Shown here one piece after another: positions 42,408-51,431 of a stretch of DNA of 64,000 bases. The position numbers and the translations under genes were made by a program. Origin of the DNA: Planctomycetota bacterium (lineage in GTDB: Bacteria; Planctomycetota; UBA1135; GCA-002686595). Position 1 is the stretch's first letter, and each line of letters opens with the position of its first letter. The stretch lies in contig DASYPQ010000022.1 of NCBI GenBank assembly GCA_036006425.1, forward strand, positions 337,938-401,937, written 5' to 3'. The notes under the pieces were generated by a model. That model made no database searches. It saw only the letters and a list, made by a program, of their open reading frames with translations, and was not told the DNA's origin.

Positions 42408-44810
42408 CTACGGCATGAATCCGAGCGGCGCCATGCCGAACCCGGCGCGCACGTAGTCGTTCACGGCGTCCGCCGTGTACTGCACGCGCCAGTTCGTCTT
42501 GGACTGCAGCCGCGCTTCCGCCATGAAGGCGTCGAGCGTCGCTGCACCGCCGATCGACGCGTGGTAGGAACCGATCGTCCGGTTCTGATCCGGATAACTG
42601 ATCGGCCCGAACGTCGACGTCGTGTCGTTGATCCCGTTCTTGAAGGCGGTGAACGTCATGTCGACGCCCGCGACCTTGAACATCTGGCCGGCGTTGCCCG
42701 ACTGGCGGTACCACCGGTTGGTCGCCCCGTGGAGCTCCGACAGGAGGTTCGGAGTCGTCGAGGTCATCGACAAGAGGTACGTCGCGTCGACGACGTCCTG
42801 GATGTCGTTGTTGGTCAGGATGATGTTGCGGATGATGTTGCTCTGGTACGACGCGACCTGCGCGTCGCGACCCGTGCTGCCCCAGTCGCACACGACGTTG
42901 TGGTCGAACACGACGTTCTGCATCCCGTTCGGATTGCCGTGGCCGTTGTCGAAGTTCAGCACCCACGGATTGGGGGCCGTCCCGCTGACGTTGTGGGCCA
43001 CGACGTTCTGGTCGACGGTGGTGTTGACCGTGTTGCCGATGATCAGGCCCCAGCCGCGGGGACTGCCGGACTCCAGGTCACGTCCGTCGAGGATCACGTT
43101 CCCGTGGATCGTGCCGGAGACGCCGGCCGGTTCCGGCTCGTTGCCGCTGCCGAACTGCAGAGCGAGCGCATTGCGGAGGAACAGGTTGTTCTCGCAGATG
43201 CCGCCCGGCCGCTGTTGCAGGCCGTCGGTGCCCGAGACGATGTTGCCGCGGAACACGACGCCGGTGCTCCCGTTCTGGAGGTAGACGTTCCGCCGGAACC
43301 AGTTGGGACCGGAGCCGGGGATGCTGTCGACCCAGCCGTTGTGGTCGAACACGTTCTCCTCGATCAAGAGGCCGTTGGCGTCGGACGCGTACAGGCCCTG
43401 GGCTCCGCCGCCGTTGACGATCGTGTACGCGTCGACGACGACGTTCCGACGGATGGCGACGTTCTGCAAGATCCCCGCGGCTCCGTGGCCGTTGCTCCCG
43501 ATCACGATGTTGCCGCAGTAGCCGCGCACGTAGCAGTTCTCGACGAGGGTGTTCGAGCCGCCGCCGAGGAGCCAGATCCCGCGCGGGTTCTCGCTGCCGC
43601 CCCCGTAGGTGTTGGCGTAGAAGTCGAGGCCGACGATCGCGAGATTGCCGGCGTACTGGCCCTGGTACAGCTGATTCCAGGTCCTGAATCCGTCGACGCT
43701 GCCCGACGCGATGATCGGACGTTCGCCCGCGCCGTAGCTCGAGATCAGGATCGGCTCCGTGGCCGAGCGCCCGCGCTTGACCCAGTAGCCGGTCACCGCG
43801 CCGTCGACGATGGAACCGGAGAACGTGTCGCCGCACTTGAAGAGCAGCCAGTCCGGGTAGTTGTTCCGGACGAGCGCCGCGCCGCCGAGGATCGTGCGCT
43901 TCGGCGTGGCTTGGCTGAGGCCGTCGTTCGCGTCGTTCCCCGTGGAGCTCGACACGAAGATCGTCCGCGTGTCGGCGCTCGGAGTGAACACCGTCCACCC
44001 GGCTCCCGAGCCAGCGAGGATGTTCAAGTTCACGTTGCGCGAGTGCAGCGCGGCGTGGGTGGTCGACTCGCGCCACTCGATGATCGACTGGTGCAGGCCG
44101 TTGGAGAGGCCCGCAGTGGCCGGATCGATGATCGCGACGTTCACGTTGACCGTGCCGCCGGGCGCAAGTTGTCCGGACGAGGGCGCGACCGAGAGCCACG
44201 CATCGCTCGCATTGGCCTGCCAATCCAGCGCAGCGGGACCCGTATTCGTCAGCGTGTACGTCTGGTTGTCCGGCGCGAACGGCCCGGACGCAGGTCCCTG
44301 CGTCGCGAAGTCCGTCAACGGAACGAGCACGGAGCTCGGAGGCACCGCCGTGACGGTCAAGTTGCACACGACGTTGAAGTCGGGTTCCGACGTCGTGTCA
44401 TTGTGGAACGTCAACGTCTCGGAGTAGAGCCCCGCGGGCAAGCCCTGGGCGAACGCGCGGTCCAGGTCGACCTGCACACTGTCCCGCACGTGAGGCTGCA
44501 GGAGACCGTTGTCCGGAGTCACGTCGACGAAACTCGGCACGGAAGGCACCGACCAGCGCAGATCCTGGTGGCTGCGATTCCCGAGAACCACGCTGAAGCT
44601 GGTGCTCGAGAACGGTCCACCGACTGGCCCGGTGACGTCCCACGTCGTCGGGCCTCCATACCTCAAATCCGTCGAACCTTGCGGGCTCGCCGTGCTCACT
44701 GTCGCGAGCACCGCGACGACGAGCGCCCCTTGCCACCATCTAGCGCCACGTTTTGCGTTCGGGCGTTCGCTCCGACTTCCGCCAAGTCGCAGTCCACAAA
44801 TCAATTCCAT
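42408..44810 (-). CDS. secreted right-handed beta-helix protein with two BACON-like N-terminal domains (paralogue B)
   Basis: ATG 44810 is preceded by GAGGGGATCAAAA. The C-terminal ~540 aa align residue for residue with paralogue A (for example NWFRRNVY(I/L)QNG.TGVVFRGNI..GTDGLQQRPGGICE.NLFLRNALALQFGSGN). Confidence 0.75.
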   Translation of the reverse strand: MELICGLRLGGSRSERPNAKRGARWWQGALVVAVLATVSTASPQGSTDLRYGGPTTWDVTGPVGGPFSSTSFSVVLGNRSHQDLRWSVPSVPSFVDVTPDNGLLQPHVRDSVQVDLDRAFAQGLPAGLYSETLTFHNDTTSEPDFNVVCNLTVTAVPPSSVLVPLTDFATQGPASGPFAPDNQTYTLTNTGPAALDWQANASDAWLSVAPSSGQLAPGGTVNVNVAIIDPATAGLSNGLHQSIIEWRESTTHAALHSRNVNLNILAGSGAGWTVFTPSADTRTIFVSSSTGNDANDGLSQATPKRTILGGAALVRNNYPDWLLFKCGDTFSGSIVDGAVTGYWVKRGRSATEPILISSYGAGERPIIASGSVDGFRTWNQLYQGQYAGNLAIVGLDFYANTYGGGSENPRGIWLLGGGSNTLVENCYVRGYCGNIVIGSNGHGAAGILQNVAIRRNVVVDAYTIVNGGGAQGLYASDANGLLIEENVFDHNGWVDSIPGSGPNWFRRNVYLQNGSTGVVFRGNIVSGTDGLQQRPGGICENNLFLRNALALQFGSGNEPEPAGVSGTIHGNVILDGRDLESGSPRGWGLIIGNTVNTTVDQNVVAHNVSGTAPNPWVLNFDNGHGNPNGMQNVVFDHNVVCDWGSTGRDAQVASYQSNIIRNIILTNNDIQDVVDATYLLSMTSTTPNLLSELHGATNRWYRQSGNAGQMFKVAGVDMTFTAFKNGINDTTSTFGPISYPDQNRTIGSYHASIGGAATLDAFMAEARLQSKTNWRVQYTADAVNDYVRAGFGMAPLGFMP

Positions 44811-45277
44811 TTTTGATCCCCTCTTCTCGAATGGACCCCTGAAAGAGCGCACGCGCCCCTGGCGAGGCGCGGGCCAACTGCACCGCGTGATGCCGCACGC
44901 GTTGCGTCGGACCATAGCAGGTGCCCCGGAATGCCGGAACCCCAAATCTCCTGCTACGTGACCTTCTGCCGGGTTCGCGACGCGGACGCTGACTCCTCGA
45001 GAGACGCAGCGTCCATGCTGCGGACCCACCACTTCTCCAGGCTCCTATCGCTTCGCGCGCCCGCGAATCTTGAGCGCAATGAAGACCTGCGCGCGCCCGG
45101 ATCCCCGCGACAGGGTGAGCGACTCCGCACGTCGTTCTCCACAGCACGCGCACGTCCCGCGGGAAACACCACAAAACCCAGTGGTTGGAGTCCGCTGCGA
45201 CCACGACATCTTCCGCGTGAGACTTTCGTTCGGCGCGCGCACTGGCCGCGCGCCGCGCGGACGTTAAGCTCGCGCCC

Positions 45278-46576
45278 GTGAAAAACCCTGCGACCTCCGC
45301 TGTCACGGATCGCGAGTCCGTGCGCGCGCTCGGCGCGCTGCGCGAGGTTCCTTACATGGGTGTCATATGGGTCGTCCACGAAGCCTCGAAGCTCGGTTTT
45401 TCCAACGGTCACCCCGACTGGTGCAACCTCGGGCAGGGCCAACCCGAGGTCGGGCAGATGGAGGGCGCGCCCGCGCGCATCGATTCGGTCTCGCTGCGCC
45501 CCGAGGACCACGCCTACGGTCCGCTCGGAGGGACATCCGAGCTGCGCGCGGCCGTCGCCGCGCACGTGAATCGGCTCTTCCGGAAGGGCAAGCGCTCGCA
45601 ATACGGACCGGAGAACGTGTGCGTCGCGTCCGGCGGGCGCGTCGCGCTCACGCGCGGGTTCGCGGCACTCGGGGCGGTCAACGTCGGGTACCAGGTCCCC
45701 GACTACACCGCGTACGAGGACATGTTCGAGCTCCACCTCGCGCGCCTCCACCCCGTCGTGATGCGGGCTCGCGCCGAAGACGGCTTCCTCCTTCCGCCGG
45801 CGCGGATCGAGGAGGAGGTCGTCGAGAAGGGACTTTCGGCAGTGGTGCTGTCGAACCCGTGCAACCCCACGGGCAACGTGATCCAGGGCGACGAGCTCGC
45901 GCGACTCGTCGGCATTGCGCGCGAGCGCGACGTGACGCTGCTCCTCGACGAGTTCTACAGCCACTTCATCTACACGAAGGACGGCCGCGCGGGCGCGGGC
46001 CCGGTGAGCGGCGCCGCGTACGTCGACGACGTCGAACGCGACCCGGTGATCCTCTTCGACGGACTGACGAAGAGCTTCCGCTATCCGGGCTGGCGCGTCG
46101 GCTGGGCGGTCGGTCCCTCCGCGATGATCGAGACGATGGCGCGCACGGCGAGCTCGATCGACGGCGGCCCGTCGCGGATCGCGCAACGCGCGGCGCTCGT
46201 CGCGCTCGAGCCGGCGCGAGCCGACCAGGAGACGCGCGCGCTCCGCGAGGGCTTCGTGAAGAAGCGCAACCTGCTCGTCGAGCGCCTGAAACGCATGGGT
46301 ATCCGGTTCGCGCGCGAGCCCGAGAGCACGTTCTACGGCTGGGCGTCGCTGGAAGCGCTGCCCGCGCCGTTGGACGACGCGATGTCGTTCTTCCGCGCGG
46401 CGCTCGAGCGCAAGGTGATGACCGTGCCGGGAGAATTCTTCGACGTGAACCCGGGCAAGCGGCGCCGCGGCGCGTCGCCGTACCGGCAGTGGATGCGCTT
46501 CTCCTTCGGGCCGCCGATGGAGAACCTCGCGATGGGACTCGATCGCCTGGAGGCGATGGTCCGCGACGCGAGGTGA
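45278..46576 (+). CDS. class I/II PLP-dependent aminotransferase
   Basis: NLGQGQPEVG..., VLSNPCNPTG, TKSFRYPGWRVGW (Lys-containing PLP block). The GTG start is uncertain. Confidence 0.8.
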   Translation: MKNPATSAVTDRESVRALGALREVPYMGVIWVVHEASKLGFSNGHPDWCNLGQGQPEVGQMEGAPARIDSVSLRPEDHAYGPLGGTSELRAAVAAHVNRLFRKGKRSQYGPENVCVASGGRVALTRGFAALGAVNVGYQVPDYTAYEDMFELHLARLHPVVMRARAEDGFLLPPARIEEEVVEKGLSAVVLSNPCNPTGNVIQGDELARLVGIARERDVTLLLDEFYSHFIYTKDGRAGAGPVSGAAYVDDVERDPVILFDGLTKSFRYPGWRVGWAVGPSAMIETMARTASSIDGGPSRIAQRAALVALEPARADQETRALREGFVKKRNLLVERLKRMGIRFAREPESTFYGWASLEALPAPLDDAMSFFRAALERKVMTVPGEFFDVNPGKRRRGASPYRQWMRFSFGPPMENLAMGLDRLEAMVRDAR

Positions 46577-46580
46577 GCGC

Positions 46581-48089
46581 ATGCAGTACGGCTTCCTGAT
46601 CGACCACCGGCGCTGCATCGGCTGTCACGCGTGCACGGTCGCGTGCAAGGCGGAGAACGAGGTCCCCGTCGGGAGCTTCCGCACGTGGGTGAAGTACACG
46701 GAGAAGGGCCGCTTCCCCGCGATCAAGCGCCACTTCGCCGTCCTGCGCTGCAACCACTGCTCGTCGGCGCCGTGCGTCACGATCTGCCCGGTCAATGCGC
46801 TCGAGAAGCGCGCGGACGGCATCGTCGATCTCGACCGCGACGCGTGCATCGGCTGCCGCGCGTGCATGCAGGGCTGCCCGTACGACGCGATCTACCTGAA
46901 CGAGGACACGCATGCCGCGGAGAAGTGCCACTTCTGCGCGCACCGCGTGGAGAAGGGGCTCGAGCCCGCGTGCGTCATCGTCTGCCCCGAGAGCGCGATC
47001 GTCGCCGGCGACCTCCACGATCACTCGAGTCGCATCGCGACGATGGTCGCGGAGCACGAGACGCTCGTGCGGCGGCCCGAGCAGCGCACCGGGCCGAACG
47101 TCCACTACCTCGGCGTCGAGCCGTCGTCGCTCGTCCCGGGGTCGGCCGAGCGCCCCTCCACGTACCTCTGGAGCGATCGCCCGCCGGACAAGCCCGAGCC
47201 CTGGCCCGCCGGCGTCGCGACGCTGCCGGACACGCGCGTCGTGCTCGACGTCGGCCACGAGGTCGAGTGGGGCTGGCACGTCGCCGGGTACCTCGTGACG
47301 AAGGGCATCGCCGCCGGCGCCGCGATGGTCGCGCCGTTCGCCGCAGACGTCGGGCTCCAGGGGTTCGCGGGGGACTGGCTCCCCGAGATCGTGGCGCTCG
47401 TCTTCACCATGATCACGACGTACCTGCTCGTCGTCGACCTCGGGCGACCGAAGCTCTTCCTCACGCTGCTCACGCGTCCGAACACAAAGAGCTGGCTCGT
47501 GCGCGGCGCCTGGATCCTGATCGCGTTCTCGATCACCGTCCCGGCGGCGATGGCGGCGCGTTGGTTCGGCTTCGCCGACGTCGCGGAGACGCTGCGCTGG
47601 CTGAACGCCGGCCTCGGGATCTCGGTCGCGGGCTACACCGCGTTCCTCTTCGCGCAGTGCGAGGGCCGCGATCTCTGGCAGAGCCGCGCCTTGCTCCCCC
47701 ACCTCCTCATTCAAGCCGCGCTGTGCGGCACGGCCGTGCTCATGCCGTTCACGACGGGGCCGAGCGAGCTGCCGCTCTGGTTCGCCGCCGCGCTCGGGCT
47801 CCACGTCGCGTTCTCGAACTTCGAAGCGCGCCCGCACGGGACGGAGAACGCGCGCCAGGCGAAGGCGTTCCTGAAAGTCGCGCGGATCGGAAGCCTGAAA
47901 CGGCCGTACCGACTCGCGATGGTCGGCGGGACGAGCGGAGTCGCGGTCCTCCTCGCCGTCGCGAACCTGCACCGCCTCCACGCGATCGCCCCAGGCCTCC
48001 TCCTCGCGGCCGCGGTCGTCGCGATCGCGGGCCTCTTCCTCTACGAGTCCGTCTACATCCGCGCGGGCCAGCTCCCGCCGCTCTCCTGA
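46581..48089 (+). CDS. fusion of a 4Fe-4S ferredoxin-type subunit (DmsB/PsrB-like) and an NrfD/PsrC-like membrane anchor
   Basis: CIGCHACTVAC, CNHCSSAPC, CIGCRACMQGC, CHFCAHR, CPESA cluster motifs, followed by ~8 TM helices. Confidence 0.8.
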   Translation: MQYGFLIDHRRCIGCHACTVACKAENEVPVGSFRTWVKYTEKGRFPAIKRHFAVLRCNHCSSAPCVTICPVNALEKRADGIVDLDRDACIGCRACMQGCPYDAIYLNEDTHAAEKCHFCAHRVEKGLEPACVIVCPESAIVAGDLHDHSSRIATMVAEHETLVRRPEQRTGPNVHYLGVEPSSLVPGSAERPSTYLWSDRPPDKPEPWPAGVATLPDTRVVLDVGHEVEWGWHVAGYLVTKGIAAGAAMVAPFAADVGLQGFAGDWLPEIVALVFTMITTYLLVVDLGRPKLFLTLLTRPNTKSWLVRGAWILIAFSITVPAAMAARWFGFADVAETLRWLNAGLGISVAGYTAFLFAQCEGRDLWQSRALLPHLLIQAALCGTAVLMPFTTGPSELPLWFAAALGLHVAFSNFEARPHGTENARQAKAFLKVARIGSLKRPYRLAMVGGTSGVAVLLAVANLHRLHAIAPGLLLAAAVVAIAGLFLYESVYIRAGQLPPLS

Positions 48090-48224
48090 TCCTCCGCGAG
48101 ATCGCGTCGCGTCCGACGGTGTGCATCGGGGCGCAGGAGCAGCGCTGTCCTGCTTGTGGGTTCGGGATTCCGGCGATAGGGTTCGAGCAGGCGGATCCCC
48201 GAGTCGTTCGCTTCGGATGTCCAC

Positions 48225-49316
48225 ATGAGCAGGGAAGTTCTCGTGACGCTCGCGCTCGCGCTCTGCGCGGCCCCTCTGTCCGCGCAGAACTTCAACCTCG
48301 ACTTCGGCGAGCCCGCGAACCAGCCGCCTGCGACGTACGCCGCTGCCGCGGGTCCTGGGTACTGGAACTCGATCCGCGCAGAGAACGGGCACGACTACCC
48401 GCTCAGGGACCTCGCCGGCAACGCGACGGGCGTGCACGTGTTCACGAGCGGCTCTGCGGCGCCGATCACCTCGACCGATCCGAGCGTCACCGGCGACGAC
48501 GCCCTGCTGATGAACGACGGCACGATCACCTACGACAGTTCCTTCGGCAGCAACTTCTACGTCGAGGGCCTCGCGCCGGGGACCTATGACCTGATCGTCT
48601 ACGCGTGGCGCCCGGACGTCCCAGCACAGATGGCGGAGACGTTCGTCGACTACACGATCGGCCTCTACGACACGGGTGGCGCGTGGCCCGGCGGACACGT
48701 CCAGGGGATCACCTACGCGCGCTTCACCGTGACCGTGTTCGGGAACGGCGAGATCGGGGTGCACTCCGGCCTCGCGGGCAGCGCGGATCCCGCGATCGGA
48801 GCTGTCTGCAACGGCATGCAGCTGCGAAGGATCGAAGAGCAGACCCCATTCTGCTTCGGCGACGGATCGGGGAGCGCCTGTCCGTGCGGCAACAGCGGTG
48901 CGCCCGGCCACGGCTGCGAGAATTCGTCCTCGACGGGAGGAGCGCTGCTCACTTCGTCCGGGACGACGATTCCCGACGAGCTCGTGCTCGCTGCGACCGG
49001 CGAGAAGCCCACGGCGCTCACGATCTTCCTCCAGGGAACGGCGTCGGTTGCTGCCGTCCCGTACGGAGACGGTTTGCGCTGCGTGTCCGGATCTCTCAGG
49101 CGCCTCTTCGTCCGCAATGCGAGCGGCGGTGCGGTCTCGGTTCCGCAAGGAGTCGATCCTTCGATCACCGCGCGGTCGTCCCAGCTCGGCGATCCGATCC
49201 CGGTGGGCGCGACGCGCTTCTACATGACCTACTACCGCGATCCGGACGCATCGTTCTGCCCGGGCCCGAGCGGCGGAACGTTCAACGCCTCGAACTGCCT
49301 TTCGGTCCACTGGTAA
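48225..49316 (+). CDS. small secreted protein: beta-rich N-domain plus Cys-rich C-terminal module
   Basis: Signal peptide MSREVLVTLALALCAAPLSA. The last 154 aa, CFGDGSGSACPCGNSGAPGHGCENS...YYRDPDASFCPGPSGGTFNASNCLSVHW, match the protease and the 58617 gene. Confidence 0.7.
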   Translation: MSREVLVTLALALCAAPLSAQNFNLDFGEPANQPPATYAAAAGPGYWNSIRAENGHDYPLRDLAGNATGVHVFTSGSAAPITSTDPSVTGDDALLMNDGTITYDSSFGSNFYVEGLAPGTYDLIVYAWRPDVPAQMAETFVDYTIGLYDTGGAWPGGHVQGITYARFTVTVFGNGEIGVHSGLAGSADPAIGAVCNGMQLRRIEEQTPFCFGDGSGSACPCGNSGAPGHGCENSSSTGGALLTSSGTTIPDELVLAATGEKPTALTIFLQGTASVAAVPYGDGLRCVSGSLRRLFVRNASGGAVSVPQGVDPSITARSSQLGDPIPVGATRFYMTYYRDPDASFCPGPSGGTFNASNCLSVHW

Positions 49317-49394
49317 TCGAGGCGCGCTCGATCGTCCTCCTTCGTGCGCGCATTGCTGCGCGCAACGCCCGTTGCACCTGAGTCCCGGCGAACG

Positions 49395-51431
49395 ATGGAG
49401 AAGCTGCTCGAAGGACTTAACGCCGCACAGCGCGAGGCGGTGCGCACGATCGACGGACCGGTGCTCGTGCTCGCCGGCGCGGGCACGGGCAAGACGCGCG
49501 TCATCACCGTGCGCACCGGCTGGCTCCTCGCGCACAAGGTCGCGCCCGAGAACGTGCTCGCGATGACCTTCACGCGCAAGGCCGCGGGCGAGATGCGCGA
49601 GCGCATCGCGAACCTCGTCGGCGCAAAGCGCGCGGAGAAGCTGACGATCGGCACGTTCCACGCCTTCTGCGCGAAGTACCTGCGCAGCCACGCGCGCGCA
49701 GCGGGCCTCGCCCCGAACTTCACGATCTGCGACGCCTCGGACCAGCTCTCGATCGCGCGCGCGGTGCTGCGCGATCTGCACATCGGGTCGACGACGATGC
49801 AGCCCGGCGCCCTCCAGGCGCGCATCTCGCTCGCCAAGAACCGGCTCGAGACTCCCGAGACGCTCCTCGAGCGTCCCGGCGACGAGAGGGACGAGCTCGT
49901 CGCGCGCGGGTGGCGGAAGTACGAGGAACAGCTCGCGCGCGCGCGCATGCTCGACTTCGACGACCTGCTGCTCGTCACGTGCCGCATGCTCAAGGACGAT
50001 GCGAAGCTGCGCGGCGAGCTCGAGAAGCAGTTCCGCTATGTGATGGTCGACGAGTACCAGGACACGAACGGTCCGCAGTACGAGATCGTCCGCGCGATCG
50101 CCGGACGCCACCGAAACCTGTGCGTCGTCGGCGACGACGATCAGTCGATCTACGGCTGGCGCGGAGCCGACGTGCAGAAGATCCTCTCCTTCGAGAAGCA
50201 CTTCCCGAAGGCGAAGATCGTCCGCCTCGAGACGAACTACCGCTCGACCGCGCCGATCCTCGAGGCCGCGAACCGGCTGATCACGCACAACCCGAAGCGC
50301 CACGGCAAGACGCTCGCGTCGGCGCTCGGCGCCGGCGATCCGATCCGCTACCTGCGCGCCGAGGACGAGACCGGCGAGGCCGACTGGATCGCGTACGAGA
50401 TCCAGGAAGGCGTGCGCGCGCGCCGGTTCCGGTACGACGACTGCGCGGTGCTCTTCCGATCGAACACGCAGCCGCGCGTCTTCGAGCAGCAGTTCCGCGC
50501 GCGCGGCGTGCCGTACGTGCTCGTCGGAGGCATGTCGTTCTTCGACCGCAAGGAGGTGCGCGACGTGCTCGCGTATCTGCGACTCGCGGCGAACGCGCAC
50601 GACGAGCCCTCGTTCCTGCGCATCGTGAACTGCCCGCCGCGGGGCGTCGGGAAGAGCACGCTCGGGAAAGCGCTCGAGTTCGCGACGGCGCAGGGCATCT
50701 CGATCGTCGAGGCCTTCGAGCGCACCGGCGAGAGCGAGGGCTGGAACGAAGCGGCGGTGCAGTCGGTGCACCTCCTGCGCGACAAGCTCGCGCGCTTCGG
50801 CGCGAAGGATCCGGGACGGACGCTCGTGCACTGGATGCGCGAGCTGCTCGAGGCGGTCGACTACAAGAGCGAGGTCGAGCGTTCGTACCCCGACGCGAAG
50901 ACGCGCGAGGACCGCTGGAACGCCGTGACGCAGGTGCTCGACATGGCCGAGAACCACGTCCGGCGGAACGGCGACGCCGGGTTGACGACCTTCCTCGAGT
51001 CGCTGACGCTGTCCGCGGAGGACACGCGCGACGAGAACGAGCCGAAGGGCCGCGACGCGGTGATGCTGATGACCGTGCACGCAGCGAAGGGCCTCGAGTT
51101 CCCACGCGTCTACATCGCCGGCGCCGAGGACGGGATCATGCCGCACACGCGCTCGGTCGCCGACGACACGGTCGAGGAGGAGCGGCGCCTGATGTACGTC
51201 GCGATCACGCGCGCGCAGCGCCTCCTGACGGTCCTGTGGACGAAGTCGCGCTCGAAGTACGGCACGCGCGTCGAATCGAGCATCTCGCGCTTCGTGTTCG
51301 AGATGCGCGGCGAGAAGCCACCGAAGGGCTGGCGCGCGGGCGGCGCGGCGAGGGACGAGGCCTCGCGGGATCCGGAGGAAGCTTCCCCGAAAAAGGTCCG
51401 CAAGGCGTCCAAGATCCGGAAGGGACCATGA
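49395..51431 (+). CDS. uvrD: UvrD/PcrA/Rep-family ATP-dependent DNA helicase
   Basis: LNAAQREAV, AGAGTGKT (motif I), VDEYQDTN (motif II), TVHAAKGLEF, YVAITRA. Lys-rich C-terminal tail. Confidence 0.9.
   Translation: MEKLLEGLNAAQREAVRTIDGPVLVLAGAGTGKTRVITVRTGWLLAHKVAPENVLAMTFTRKAAGEMRERIANLVGAKRAEKLTIGTFHAFCAKYLRSHARAAGLAPNFTICDASDQLSIARAVLRDLHIGSTTMQPGALQARISLAKNRLETPETLLERPGDERDELVARGWRKYEEQLARARMLDFDDLLLVTCRMLKDDAKLRGELEKQFRYVMVDEYQDTNGPQYEIVRAIAGRHRNLCVVGDDDQSIYGWRGADVQKILSFEKHFPKAKIVRLETNYRSTAPILEAANRLITHNPKRHGKTLASALGAGDPIRYLRAEDETGEADWIAYEIQEGVRARRFRYDDCAVLFRSNTQPRVFEQQFRARGVPYVLVGGMSFFDRKEVRDVLAYLRLAANAHDEPSFLRIVNCPPRGVGKSTLGKALEFATAQGISIVEAFERTGESEGWNEAAVQSVHLLRDKLARFGAKDPGRTLVHWMRELLEAVDYKSEVERSYPDAKTREDRWNAVTQVLDMAENHVRRNGDAGLTTFLESLTLSAEDTRDENEPKGRDAVMLMTVHAAKGLEFPRVYIAGAEDGIMPHTRSVADDTVEEERRLMYVAITRAQRLLTVLWTKSRSKYGTRVESSISRFVFEMRGEKPPKGWRAGGAARDEASRDPEEASPKKVRKASKIRKGP

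Noticed and set aside
45966-51146. Giant 1726-aa ORF on the minus strand. Similar giants are 52745..58768 (+, 2007 aa), 7694..11431 (+), 13535..16888 (-), 39278..42388 (-), 52644..55706 (-), 11323..13224 (-) and 1893..3317 (+).
   Set aside because: All are antisense or off-frame to genes with clear family motifs (uvrD, rtcB, Mo-oxidoreductase, protease and others). Their translations are monotonous Arg/Ala/Gly/Pro/Asp strings without motifs. This is the expected artefact of extreme third-position GC, which depletes stop codons in non-coding frames.
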